A stretch of 59,860 bases of DNA from an uncultured Pseudomonadota bacterium (GCA_902787305.1 CADAFS010000009.1:1-59860); one strand, 5' to 3'. Counted from the stretch's first letter, positions 19,294 to 29,324 are shown. The notes: generated from the sequence alone by a model not told the origin. Numbers and translations are program-made.

Positions 19294-19323
19294 ATTATAT
19301 CAAAAATCACCGAATCGGGTCAA
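19294..19323 (-). promoter_or_regulatory. Sigma70 promoter with CGATTCG in the spacer
   Basis: TTGACC-CGATTCG-gtgatttttga-TATAAT. Confidence 0.65.
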
Positions 19324-19368
19324 GGGTAAAAAAATTACTTTAAGAATTTTGTCCCATGTGGTAAAATT

Positions 19369-20937
19369 GTGGGTATGAGAAATGTGCTGAAATTCCTTTG
19401 TAATTTTGCGTTGTGCTTTGTCGCAATAGATGCATGGGCGATAGAGATAGGTAGTACATATGACGAAAGTAATCCATATGGGGATATTAGTTTTGGGCCT
19501 TTGGATTCAGATACTACTATTATAAACCATGGTGTGATAGGTGGAACGATAACTATTACTGGGGGTATTCTTGTTACGATTCAAAATTATGGTGAGATAA
19601 TAAATCCAATTTTATGCATAGATTGTGTTCCGGCAAATATAAATCAGATTATTACTGGAAACGGGGATATGAATCTGATTGCCGGTTTATCGGGGCATAG
19701 GGTTATTGTTGATAACGAAAATAATAACATAAATTTATCTGATGTTATTGCCGCCGCGGGTGGTGCGGGGAAAATTGTTCTGACCGGTGCAAATGTCGTC
19801 CTTGATATTGGCGCGATTGATACACACCCGGCCATAGAATTTAACCCTGGGGCGGCTGGAAATTCCACGAATTCGGTGGCCTTTATAATTCGTGGGTGGA
19901 ATGAAAACTGGGATGAATCACAACCGATATTGAATGGCATAGTGCTTAGCAATGCCAGTGATAATTTTGGTGGCGCGGAATTTATAGGTGTTGATTCAAT
20001 GTTTGACCCCTATGCGGAATTGAACGGCAGTCGTTTATACGCCCGCTTTGCGCGACAGACAAATTACGGCATCGTTTTCGAAAACGATCTTGGTGATTGG
20101 TTGGACGAATTACGCGATGAAAATCCGGATGATAAATTGATTGGTGCATTAGATGCCGCACGCAGTCGGGCGGGGTTGCGCGATGTGTTGTTGAATTCAA
20201 TGCGGACAAATCCGATACGGTTGTTGGATCCGGTGCGGTCGTTTAATACATTTATGCTCGGCGACCACATACATGATTTGGCGTTCGGGGTTGTGGCGGA
20301 ACCGTTCTATATTTATTCCGGTGATTTTTCCGTCCTTGGTGGCGGTGTGGGTGTTGCCGGGCGCGTTGCCAAGAATTTGGTTGCAAAGTTTGGGGGCTAT
20401 GCGGGCCGAATGGATTATGATGGCGAAATTGATAATTTTAATGCGATGGTATATGGTGCGAATTTTGGCGCGTTGTATAAAGATTCTGATTTTTATGCGC
20501 GGGCGGTTGGAACGTTGTCTTCGGCGCAATTTAAAGACATAGAAATTTTTGATGGTGTGCGTGGCAAACAAAATCCAAATGGAATTTCCGGGGCGGGAAT
20601 TGCCGACGGTGGAATCGTGTTTCGGGTGCTTGATGAATTTGATTTAACGCCGTTTATTGGTGCGCGGTTTGACTATGCCGGGGTTGCGGGATTTTCGGAT
20701 ACGGATGTGAATATGCGGTTTGGTGTGAATATAGATAAAGAAACGGTTGTTGATGGAAATAAATATGCGTTTGGGTTAAGTGCGGTTGGGCAAACGAATG
20801 GCGATATCTATGGTTCGATTTATACCGATATAATGTCGGTTGTTGATGGTGTCGGTGGGCGGTTGCAGTTTGGAATTTTGAACGATGATTTGGGTTTGTC
20901 GTATCGTGTTTCGTTGGATGCAAAGTTTGCATTTTAA
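19369..20937 (+). CDS. Autotransporter-like outer-membrane protein
   Basis: Signal peptide, Gly/Asn/Ile-rich passenger, C-terminal barrel ending AKFAF. Confidence 0.65.
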   Translation: MGMRNVLKFLCNFALCFVAIDAWAIEIGSTYDESNPYGDISFGPLDSDTTIINHGVIGGTITITGGILVTIQNYGEIINPILCIDCVPANINQIITGNGDMNLIAGLSGHRVIVDNENNNINLSDVIAAAGGAGKIVLTGANVVLDIGAIDTHPAIEFNPGAAGNSTNSVAFIIRGWNENWDESQPILNGIVLSNASDNFGGAEFIGVDSMFDPYAELNGSRLYARFARQTNYGIVFENDLGDWLDELRDENPDDKLIGALDAARSRAGLRDVLLNSMRTNPIRLLDPVRSFNTFMLGDHIHDLAFGVVAEPFYIYSGDFSVLGGGVGVAGRVAKNLVAKFGGYAGRMDYDGEIDNFNAMVYGANFGALYKDSDFYARAVGTLSSAQFKDIEIFDGVRGKQNPNGISGAGIADGGIVFRVLDEFDLTPFIGARFDYAGVAGFSDTDVNMRFGVNIDKETVVDGNKYAFGLSAVGQTNGDIYGSIYTDIMSVVDGVGGRLQFGILNDDLGLSYRVSLDAKFAF

Positions 20938-22232
20938 TCAACAATTTTTCCACGCAATGATGCGCGGTTCGCCGCGGTGATTTTGATGTTCGCCATTTGT
21001 TTCGGATTTTCCACGCGCGCAACGATACACTGTTGCATATATGGTGTGCGATAGAGCAGGTGGCGCCCGGTTTTATCCGCGCCTTCGTAAAGGCAGGTTA
21101 GTTTTTTTCCGACACATGTTTCATTGAATTCGCGTTGAATTTCGTTTAGCACGCCGTCAAGTATCGCAAGTCGTTCGCGTTTTACCTTTTCGCTGATTTG
21201 GTCGGGCATCAATGCCGCCGCCGTATGCGGGCGGGGCGAATATTTGAATGAATAAGAATTTATATAACGAACGCGGCGTGCGATTTCCAGTGTTTGTTCA
21301 AAATCAGAATCAGTTTCGCCAGGAAATCCAACGATAAAGTCCGATGAAATTTGAATGTCCGCACGCGCGGCGCGCAATTTGTTTATGATGTCCATGTACG
21401 CGTCCAAACTGTATGGGCGATTCATGCGGCGCAACACATCGGGTGAACCACTTTGAATTGGCATATTCAAAAATGGCAACAGTTTTTGTTCGGTCGCAAA
21501 CATTTGAATTAAATCGTCCGTCATTTCCGTTGGATAACTGGAAGTAAATCGTATACGGCGGATTTCTGGGATTTTTGCGGTTGCGCGTATTAAATCAGAA
21601 AGACGGAAAATTTTGCCGTTTTCATCGGTGTATTTATATCCGTTCACATTTTGCCCAAGGAAACAAATTTCCACCGCGCCGGTTTTCGCCGCATGCAACG
21701 TGTCGCGCATAACATCATCGAATGCGCGTGAAATTTCGCGCCCGCGTGTGTATGGCACAATGCAATATGTACAACAATGATTGCAACCTTCCTGAATTGG
21801 GATATAAGATACGGTTGGCGCGGTTGTCATTTGTGGCAATTCATCGAATTTTTCAAGACCGGTTAAATCGATGTTTAACAATTTTGTATCCGGGTCGGAT
21901 AAAATTTCTGGCAACCGATGATAACTTTGCGGACCCAAAACAAAATTTAATTCGGGGATTCGATGAAATGCGGCGGCGCCAACCTCACGCGCGACACAAC
22001 CAACAATGCCGAAAATTGCGTCCGGCTTTTTCGCGTCGCGCACGCGCCCCAGTTCGGAAAATACTTTATTTGTTGCCTTTTCACGGACGGAACAAGTGTT
22101 TAGTATTATTATGTCCGCGTCGGCAACACTTTTGGTTGCCGTCATTCCGCGCGCATTCAGCATGGCGGCGATGCGCCAACTGTCGTACACGTTCATCTGA
22201 CAACCAAAAGTTTTAATAAAGTATTTTTTCAT
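20934..22232 (-). CDS. miaB: tRNA-2-methylthio-N6-isopentenyladenosine synthase MiaB
   Basis: TFGCQMNVYDS, NTCSVRE, CNHCCTYC radical-SAM motif, SSDFIVGFPGET. Confidence 0.95.
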   Translation of the reverse strand: MKKYFIKTFGCQMNVYDSWRIAAMLNARGMTATKSVADADIIILNTCSVREKATNKVFSELGRVRDAKKPDAIFGIVGCVAREVGAAAFHRIPELNFVLGPQSYHRLPEILSDPDTKLLNIDLTGLEKFDELPQMTTAPTVSYIPIQEGCNHCCTYCIVPYTRGREISRAFDDVMRDTLHAAKTGAVEICFLGQNVNGYKYTDENGKIFRLSDLIRATAKIPEIRRIRFTSSYPTEMTDDLIQMFATEQKLLPFLNMPIQSGSPDVLRRMNRPYSLDAYMDIINKLRAARADIQISSDFIVGFPGETDSDFEQTLEIARRVRYINSYSFKYSPRPHTAAALMPDQISEKVKRERLAILDGVLNEIQREFNETCVGKKLTCLYEGADKTGRHLLYRTPYMQQCIVARVENPKQMANIKITAANRASLRGKIVD

Positions 22233-22234
22233 TT

Positions 22235-22969
22235 TTATTTTTCATGATAGAGAGAACGCATACAATCTGCAAAACGTTGTTGTCGTTCTTTGTCATAGGC
22301 CCGTTTACACGCCATTTCCAAACGTTCCCTGGAAATATGGTGATTTTCATCCATAGTAAGTTCATAAAAATCCGCCGATGACAATTGTTCTTCCGGAGTT
22401 CCCTGCATTAATTGTTTTGCGCGTCTACGATCCGCCCGGACTTGTTTACGTGTGTGGCGGCCATGCACAGGTTTTTTAGAACGGTATTGCAAAGGTGACT
22501 TTTTGGCTGGCAAGTTTAACCCCAACACGTCTTCATAAGGATCAGTGACAGTTGATACATACCCATACAAATTAGGTGAAAATTCTATGAGTAGTAATCT
22601 TCTTAGGGCTGTGCTATCCAACGCCGCAGCACAACAGCGTAGTGCTTTTTTATCCAAATGTCTGCCTTCTGGTGTCATTGGGCGCATACGGGTATGTTTT
22701 GGTTTTATTTTTATTGTTTTTTTTGATTCTAGTGCTTCAGAAACAGCGAATTTTTTTGGTTCTTCTTTTTTTGTGGTCGGTTTTTTGACAATGTCGCTTC
22801 CTGGGCGATGCAAAGGGTTATATTTAACCAGTTGTATCGGTTTTCGTTTTGTTTTTACTGGATTGATTTCAGATACCGGAACATATGTGATAACCGTACC
22901 CGTTCGTGGTATGGACATTTCACCAGTGATTGGATTGTAATTTACTATGATTCTGTCAGTCATTTTCAT
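22235..22969 (-). CDS. Hypothetical basic protein
   Basis: 244-aa ORF with AAGGA RBS, abutting miaB; Lys/Arg-rich. Confidence 0.6.
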   Translation of the reverse strand: MKMTDRIIVNYNPITGEMSIPRTGTVITYVPVSEINPVKTKRKPIQLVKYNPLHRPGSDIVKKPTTKKEEPKKFAVSEALESKKTIKIKPKHTRMRPMTPEGRHLDKKALRCCAAALDSTALRRLLLIEFSPNLYGYVSTVTDPYEDVLGLNLPAKKSPLQYRSKKPVHGRHTRKQVRADRRRAKQLMQGTPEEQLSSADFYELTMDENHHISRERLEMACKRAYDKERQQRFADCMRSLYHEK

Positions 22970-22982
22970 TTCCTTTTGGTTT

Positions 22983-23168
22983 TTATTTACATTTTGTTCG
23001 ATTAAATAAAGTTTGTTGTTTTATTATTATTTTGTATCTGTTGTTTGTTTTGGGGTTTTCTTGATATTCGGGTTTGCGTGGTGTTAGTTGGATATCTAAA
23101 TTCATAATTTCTTGTCGAAATTTTTCAACAATTATTTCTACAAATTTCTCCAATTCCATCAATGCCAT
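22983..23168 (-). CDS. Small hypothetical protein
   Basis: 61-aa ORF filling the gap between gatB and 22969 on the same strand. Confidence 0.4.
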   Translation of the reverse strand: MALMELEKFVEIIVEKFRQEIMNLDIQLTPRKPEYQENPKTNNRYKIIIKQQTLFNRTKCK

Positions 23169-23180
23169 TTCAAAATCCGT

Positions 23181-24701
23181 TTACCCCAATTTCTTTTTCA
23201 AAATTTCATTTACGACCGCGGGGTTTGCCTTGCCGGCGGACGCCTTCATAACATTCCCAACAAAGAACCCAAGCAATCCCGTTTTGCCAGATTTATATTG
23301 TTCAACCTGTGGCGTGTTGTTGGCGATAACTTCGTCGACGGTTTTTTCAATCGCGGATGTGTCGGTTATTTGCTTCATGCCGAATTTGTCGGCGATTTCG
23401 CGCGGTGTGCCCGATTCGCCATCAAGCATTTTGATAAATATGTCTTTGGCCTGTTTCCCGTTGATTTCGTTCGCCGCAACCATATCGACCAATTCCGCCA
23501 AATCGGTTGGTGTGATAATTCGCATACCATCAACCACGCCCGATTTTTCATTTGTTATGTCATAGTTTTCCGGGTGCGCGAACAGTTCGGAAATCATCCA
23601 ATTTGCAACGCCCTTGGCGCGTTCGGTTTTGTCCGCGACCGCCGCATCGAACCAGTGTGAAATATCAACCGTTTCGGTAAGGCGTGTCGCATCGTATTCC
23701 GCAAGCCCCAGTTTTTCAACATAGCGCGCGCGTGTCGCCGCCGGCAATTCCGGCATGGTGCGCCGTATGCGTTCGATTCTTTCGTCAGTGATAATCAACG
23801 GCAATAAATCCGGGTCCGGGAAATACCGGTAATCCAATGCGTCTTCTTTGCTGCGCATGACGGTTGTTGTGCCGTCGCCTTGGTTAAAACGCATGGTGCA
23901 ACGGTCAATCGTTCCGCCGTTTTCAAGGATTTCGATTTGACGCCGTGCCTCGTATTCAATGGCGGTTTTTATAAATTTGAACGATACCATGTTTTTGATT
24001 TCGCAACGTTCATTAAAATATTTTGCGCCAACGGGACGGACCGATACATTGACGTCTGCACGCATGGAGCCTTCCTCCATGTTTGCCTTGGATACGCCAA
24101 GTGCGCGTGCAATTTCGCGAATTTGACGCAGATATTTTTCCGCTTCGTCTGGTGACGTGATAAAGGAATTGTTTTCTGGATTTTTCACGTCCAAGAAAGT
24201 GACAATTTCAAGCAACGCGACACCCGTGCGGTTATAATCCGCGAAAGATTTTGTTGGGTGGACATCGTGTTTCAATTTCCCGGCATCCTGTTCCAAATGG
24301 GCACGTTCAATCAGAATTTTTTTGGGGTTCCCGTCGTCACCAATAATTTCAATGTAGCCACGGCCGACGACCGGTGGTTGATCGGCGGGTTGTGAAATCT
24401 GATACCCCTGGGGCAGGTCAGGATAGAAATACTGTTTACGGGCAAAACAACTTTTATGCGAAATTTCCGCATTGATGCCCAGGCCGAATTTAATCGCCTG
24501 GTCCACACAGTATTCGTTTAAAACCGGCAACATCCCCGGCATGGCGACATCGACCATGGAAACCTGGGTGTTGGGGGCGACGGTCGGGTTATAGTCCGCC
24601 GATGCACCACTGAAAATCTTACTTTTGGACAGAACCTCTATATGGGTTTCAAGTCCAACAACCACTTCCCAATCGCCCGTTTTGCCTTTTATCGTAAACA
24701 T
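23181..24701 (-). CDS. gatB: Asp/Glu-tRNA amidotransferase subunit B
   Basis: VVGLETH, YFYPDLPQGYQISQ, HLEQDAGK, MRADVNVS, YRYFPDPDL. Confidence 0.97.
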   Translation of the reverse strand: MFTIKGKTGDWEVVVGLETHIEVLSKSKIFSGASADYNPTVAPNTQVSMVDVAMPGMLPVLNEYCVDQAIKFGLGINAEISHKSCFARKQYFYPDLPQGYQISQPADQPPVVGRGYIEIIGDDGNPKKILIERAHLEQDAGKLKHDVHPTKSFADYNRTGVALLEIVTFLDVKNPENNSFITSPDEAEKYLRQIREIARALGVSKANMEEGSMRADVNVSVRPVGAKYFNERCEIKNMVSFKFIKTAIEYEARRQIEILENGGTIDRCTMRFNQGDGTTTVMRSKEDALDYRYFPDPDLLPLIITDERIERIRRTMPELPAATRARYVEKLGLAEYDATRLTETVDISHWFDAAVADKTERAKGVANWMISELFAHPENYDITNEKSGVVDGMRIITPTDLAELVDMVAANEINGKQAKDIFIKMLDGESGTPREIADKFGMKQITDTSAIEKTVDEVIANNTPQVEQYKSGKTGLLGFFVGNVMKASAGKANPAVVNEILKKKLG

Positions 24702-24754
24702 TTTCTTTTTCCTTGCTTTTTTGTTTTTTGTATTTTATTATACACCTCACGGAT

Positions 24755-24830
24755 GGCCAGATAGCTCAGTTGGTAGAGCAAGGGACTGAAAATCCCTGTG
24801 TCAGTGGTTCGATTCCACTTCTGGCCACCA
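24755..24830 (+). tRNA. tRNA-Phe(GAA)
   Basis: Cloverleaf; aggga-ctGAAaa-tccct; encoded CCA. Confidence 0.97.
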
Positions 24831-24834
24831 TTTT

Positions 24835-26301
24835 TTATTCCCCCATTATTTTTGTTGGACGGTTATCGACATTTGCAAACTGTTCGATATGACGCGCCAA
24901 TTGCAATACGCGAACATCATCAAACATTGGACCTACGACCTGCACGCCCAATGGCAACCCGTCCGTTGCCAAACCCGCCGGCACAGAAACCGCCGGCACG
25001 CCCGCCAAATTCATCGCCACCGTAAATAAATCCAATGCATAGTATTCAAGTGGTGTCATATCGGAATCCAGTGGTTTTGCCGTTCCCGCACCCGACGGGC
25101 AAACGATTAAATCGCAACTTTCAAATGCGCGGTCGAATGCGTCCGCAATCATACGGCGAACACGTGCGGCCTGCATAAAATAAACATCGTATGATTCAGA
25201 CGACAATACCGCGGTGCCGATAATCATACGGCGTTTAACCTCGTCACCGAAACCGGCGGCGCGTGTCTTTTTATATGTGTCGTAAATGTCGGACCCTTCG
25301 ACGCGCAGGCCATATCGCACACCGTCATATCGGGCAAGATTTGATGATGCCTCGGCCGGGGCGATTATGTAATATGCGGCGAGTGCATCCAAAATGTTTG
25401 GAATTGAAACTTCGATTATTTCCGCACCGATTGATTTCAAATCCGCAATTCTTTTTTCAAACAGGTTTTTCATATCGTCGGAAATTTTGACATCGCCCAA
25501 TTCGCGTATAACCCCGACGCGCAATTTTTTCCCGTCACCCAAAATTGGTTGTAACGGCGTTTGCATATTTAATTTGAAATCCGCACTTGTGGAATCTTTT
25601 GGGTCGTGCCCCGCCATTACGGATAATAACAGTGCTGCATCATCAACCGTTCGCGCAATTGGGCCCGGTGTATCAAGTGACGACGCAAATGCAACACAGC
25701 CCCAACGCGAACATAAACCATAGGTTGGCTTCATACCGACAAGGCCGGTGATAGAGCAGGGGAAACGTATCGACCCGCCCGTGTCCGTCCCGGTTGCGCC
25801 CATTGCCATACCCGACGCGACGGCGGACGTGGAACCGCCCGAAGAACCGCCGGCGGTTAAACGGCGTTCCCGTTGCCATGGATTTACCGGTGCGCCAAAG
25901 AACGATGTTTTCGAAAATGTTCCCATCGCGAATTCGTCCAAATTTGATTTGCCAAGCAACACTGTCCCGCTATCAATAAATTTCTGGGATACGGTCGATT
26001 CATATTCGGGGACAAAGTTTTCAAGCATATGCGACGCCGCCGTCGTGCGAATGCCACGTGTTGCAAATAAATCCTTCATCGCAATTGGAATCCCGTCAAG
26101 TGGTTGCGCGTTTCCGTTTTTAATGCGTTCATCCGCGGCGGTCGCATCCGCCATCGCGCGTTCGGCGGTGACCGTAATATACGCGTTCAGTTCGGGGTTA
26201 TATTTTTCAATGCGGCCAAGGTGCGCGCGCGTAAGTTCGGTCGCAGATATTTCGCGCGATTGTAATTTCCTTAATGCTTCGGTAATGGTTAAATCTATCA
26301 T
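24835..26301 (-). CDS. gatA: Asp/Glu-tRNA amidotransferase subunit A
   Basis: GGSSGGS, GTDTGGSIR, EASSNLARYDGVRYG, GFGDEVKRR. Confidence 0.97.
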   Translation of the reverse strand: MIDLTITEALRKLQSREISATELTRAHLGRIEKYNPELNAYITVTAERAMADATAADERIKNGNAQPLDGIPIAMKDLFATRGIRTTAASHMLENFVPEYESTVSQKFIDSGTVLLGKSNLDEFAMGTFSKTSFFGAPVNPWQRERRLTAGGSSGGSTSAVASGMAMGATGTDTGGSIRFPCSITGLVGMKPTYGLCSRWGCVAFASSLDTPGPIARTVDDAALLLSVMAGHDPKDSTSADFKLNMQTPLQPILGDGKKLRVGVIRELGDVKISDDMKNLFEKRIADLKSIGAEIIEVSIPNILDALAAYYIIAPAEASSNLARYDGVRYGLRVEGSDIYDTYKKTRAAGFGDEVKRRMIIGTAVLSSESYDVYFMQAARVRRMIADAFDRAFESCDLIVCPSGAGTAKPLDSDMTPLEYYALDLFTVAMNLAGVPAVSVPAGLATDGLPLGVQVVGPMFDDVRVLQLARHIEQFANVDNRPTKIMGE

Positions 26302-26316
26302 TTTGTTTCCCTGGGG

Positions 26317-26736
26317 TTAATGTTCAATCGCATTTGTTGGTAAAAGTTCACGAATGTGTGTTATAAAGGGTGATTTGCAAAGACCACGTTGAAAAATCAT
26401 CGCGCAATTAGCCTCTTCTTTTAGTCCACAATCACGTTCTTCTTTATCGGCGGCCGGAATAATTTCGATAATCATTTCGTTCGGTTTATTCATTGGACGA
26501 ATTGGCGCAAATTGCTGTGCCGGTCGAATACCACTCGCGTGAATTATTGTTGTATCGAAATGCAGGTTGCAAAAGCATTTGGTACCAGAAAAATTATCCG
26601 GGTTATAGTTTTTAATAAAATTTAATAGGTATTGCTTTTGTTCTTCGGTCCATGGTCCCAATTTTACCTCTGCCGGTTTGCCAACATTTGACATTGACTT
26701 GTTTGTTAAAATTACTTTTATTTCCTTATCTGCCAT
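26317..26736 (-). CDS. Hypothetical Cys-motif protein
   Basis: ORF with RBS inside the gatC-gatA interval; C..C....G.C..F tail. Confidence 0.6.
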   Translation of the reverse strand: MADKEIKVILTNKSMSNVGKPAEVKLGPWTEEQKQYLLNFIKNYNPDNFSGTKCFCNLHFDTTIIHASGIRPAQQFAPIRPMNKPNEMIIEIIPAADKEERDCGLKEEANCAMIFQRGLCKSPFITHIRELLPTNAIEH

Positions 26737-26746
26737 TGTTTTTACC

Positions 26747-27130
26747 TTATTTATTTTTTATGCCGGTAAATAATTGCCGTGCAAGTTTATATGGACATTT
26801 GCCATCCTGCATGCGTTGTAAACATTTTTGTACTTGGGCTGCGCGGTCGGTTGGTGCATTTTTTAGTGACATGCATTTGAAATCGATAGCTATAAACTCT
26901 ATGAGAATTTTGTCTGTACAAATACGTATTTGTAACCTCCACAGGCATTCTTCTGCGCTTTTATTCCATGTCTGGTTGTTTACATGAACCGGTGCCCCGT
27001 TTGCAAGTTTGACCTGTTGTTTGGCCGCCGTTAACCCCCGGGCTGGGAGTGTGTACACGAAAAACACTGGCTTCGGATTGTCCATTCGGTTAAAAACTCT
27101 ATATCCATATCTTGTCATTTTAATCTCCAT
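26747..27130 (-). CDS. Hypothetical Cys-motif protein (possible paralog of 26317)
   Basis: IEFIAIDFKC...KCLQRMQDGKCPY. Confidence 0.6.
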   Translation of the reverse strand: MEIKMTRYGYRVFNRMDNPKPVFFVYTLPARGLTAAKQQVKLANGAPVHVNNQTWNKSAEECLWRLQIRICTDKILIEFIAIDFKCMSLKNAPTDRAAQVQKCLQRMQDGKCPYKLARQLFTGIKNK

Positions 27131-27416
27131 CCATAACTTTTGGCACCGCGAAGTATCCGCGGCTTACGCCCGATTTGTCGGGTGCGTTTGCCATAATTGC
27201 GTCGCGAATACCGCCGTCCGTCACAACATCCGCACGCAATGGTAAATCGTGCTTTGCGGGTGACAGCATTGGTTCAACGCCGCGTGTGTCAATCTGTTTC
27301 AATTTATCAATCCATTCGATAACGGAATCGATATTCATTTTTTCAAGTTGTTCGTCGGAAATGTCGATTTTTATCAAATCCGCGAATTTCTGTAATTGTT
27401 GCTTGCTAAACGCCAT
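27120..27416 (-). CDS. gatC: Asp/Glu-tRNA amidotransferase subunit C
   Basis: IDTRGVEPM, LRADVVTDG, NAP, YFAVPKV. Confidence 0.93.
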   Translation of the reverse strand: MAFSKQQLQKFADLIKIDISDEQLEKMNIDSVIEWIDKLKQIDTRGVEPMLSPAKHDLPLRADVVTDGGIRDAIMANAPDKSGVSRGYFAVPKVMDGD

Positions 27417-27453
27417 TTTACATCCTATATTAAAGTGCAAAGGTGATTATACA

Positions 27454-27903
27454 ATGATTTTATCAGATTTCAAGGCATTAGAAAAAAAAGGTCGGTTGTT
27501 AGGCATCGATTGGGGCGCGCGCCGGACGGGTATCGCGGTTTCGGATGCATCTTGGTCACTGGTGTTCCCGCGGTCGCCGATTTTGCCACATAATGAATTG
27601 GATTTATTGAAAAAAGTCGAAAAATTGATAAAAGATGACGCTTTCGCGGGCGTTATTATCGGTTTGCCGTTGCGGACGGATGGGACTGATTCCGATACAA
27701 CGCGGGCGGTGCGTACGTTCGCGGATGAACTTTCCAAATTGGTTGATACGCCGATTGCATTTATTGATGAAGCATTAACGTCCATTGTCGCGATGGATTA
27801 TTTGGGGCGGCGGGTGCGCCGGCATGATATTAAAACGCGCCTTGATTCATTTGCCGCCAAGGTTATTTTGGAAAATGCGATTGCACTTATTAAGCGCGGG
27901 TAA
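27454..27903 (+). CDS. ruvX: RuvX/YqgF pre-16S rRNA nuclease
   Basis: LLGIDWGARRTGIAVSD, IGLP, IDEALTS, DSFAAKVIL. Confidence 0.92.
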   Translation: MILSDFKALEKKGRLLGIDWGARRTGIAVSDASWSLVFPRSPILPHNELDLLKKVEKLIKDDAFAGVIIGLPLRTDGTDSDTTRAVRTFADELSKLVDTPIAFIDEALTSIVAMDYLGRRVRRHDIKTRLDSFAAKVILENAIALIKRG

Positions 27904-28050
27904 GTGTTAGTGGTTAGTGCTAGTCCGTCACGACTGCGGTGCGCAGTGCCGAAAGCAAAATGATGAAGGCCGCCGGCAAAACAATGCCAAAAAAACGCGC
28001 ATCGCGCAAGGTTTCGCGTTTAACACGCGCCGTCGCAAAATTGGCCTAGC

Positions 28051-28122
28051 AGTTCCCCTTCGCTGGCGAAGGGGTGGTGCCGAACGGCACCGGGGTAGTG
28101 GCGGCGAAGCCAGACGGGGTAG
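28051..28122. repeat. CCCCT-type palindromic repeat
   Basis: agttccccttcgctggcgaaggggtggtgccgaacggcaccggggtag; similar to 12330 and 19030. Confidence 0.65.
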
Positions 28123-28172
28123 TTTCAGGCGTGCATTCCTGCACGCCGTTTATTCGTGACGGAAATTCTCAA

Positions 28173-29324
28173 CTATTTACGAATATAATCAATTAATGCA
28201 ATCGGATTCACAATAACACACTTTGCTTTTTCGCTATACGTTCCTGTTTCTAAACCGACTTTGAAAAACTCTTCTGGTGTAATATCTCGTTTTACTTGTT
28301 TTGCTAATACATATACACCCGCCTCAAACGGTTTCATCCAAGAAAAACCACCATTTGCATAATGAACATAATCGTTAATACCATTTGGCGCCGCAGTCGT
28401 TCTGTGGTCCATCGGGAAACATAATGTATTTTTTTGAATATCAACAGGCATATCATAACCAATTTGCCAATTTGTCTGTCTATAAGATTCAAAATCATCA
28501 GGTTCTTGCGAAACAAATCTGTAAACACCATTATCACGAAGTCCGTATTCTTTTTCAATATGTGTTGTTGTCACAAAAATTCCTGCTTGTTTCGCTTTTT
28601 CTAGTGCTTTTTCCCATATTTCCGGGTCACGCGATAACGCAGGTGATGCAGACACAGATACAACAACAATCTTTTCTTTATCGGGTAATTTTTTATTTAT
28701 TTCTATAATTCTATCCAAAGCAGCCGCAAAATATTTAGAAATTTTCCTTTTCTCTTCATCATTTTGAAATTGTCCATCTGTGATATCAGCAGCAAAATAA
28801 TATAACTTTGCTTTTGGTGCAACACCTACAGTTTTCCCAACCGCTATTGAAGAAACAGCGGCCCCATGCATTGAACCAGGTTGCTTTTTATAAACCAAAA
28901 ATTCTTCATAATAGGCAAGATTGTCATTGTATTCATTATGCGGGGATAGTGGTTGGTCTATAATAGCCATAGATATACCACTCCCATCAATTCCTTGTTC
29001 ATGTAATTTATGCAAATTTAACCCAGGATTTTTATGTTTTTCCATTATAGCATTTGCATTAAAATCAGTAGGTAATTTTGAAGCATTCTTCGGAAACACT
29101 GTTCCATTGTCAAAAGATATTTGTTCCGCTGTATATTTTGATAAATCTTTATTCGTACAATCCATAGACCTTATATCTAACTCTTGTTCTTTTTCTGAAA
29201 ATGATAATTCTTCGTTTTTCAACCAAGAATAATCCGCATAGGGGGCCAACTTAGAAATCACATTATTACCAATCGCCCATGCACCAAACGTGGCAAACAA
29301 CAAAGAAATGCACACACCCTTCAT
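28173..29324 (-). CDS. Secreted S8 (subtilisin-like) peptidase
   Basis: AIIDQ (Asp), MHGAAVSSIAVG (His), GGFSW (Ser); signal peptide; AT-rich. Confidence 0.8.
   Translation of the reverse strand: MKGVCISLLFATFGAWAIGNNVISKLAPYADYSWLKNEELSFSEKEQELDIRSMDCTNKDLSKYTAEQISFDNGTVFPKNASKLPTDFNANAIMEKHKNPGLNLHKLHEQGIDGSGISMAIIDQPLSPHNEYNDNLAYYEEFLVYKKQPGSMHGAAVSSIAVGKTVGVAPKAKLYYFAADITDGQFQNDEEKRKISKYFAAALDRIIEINKKLPDKEKIVVVSVSASPALSRDPEIWEKALEKAKQAGIFVTTTHIEKEYGLRDNGVYRFVSQEPDDFESYRQTNWQIGYDMPVDIQKNTLCFPMDHRTTAAPNGINDYVHYANGGFSWMKPFEAGVYVLAKQVKRDITPEEFFKVGLETGTYSEKAKCVIVNPIALIDYIRK

Noticed and set aside
18966-19310. 114-aa ORF over the structured leader, and other antisense or overlapping ORFs in the track (e.g. 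435-923, 2457-2963, 23074-23660, 25748-26320, 43368-43931)
   Set aside because: They overlap structured RNA/repeats or are shadows of well-supported genes, with no recognisable motifs.
27175-27453. N-terminal extension of RuvX in the ORF track
   Set aside because: It is antisense to gatC; the real start is most likely the ATG at 27454.
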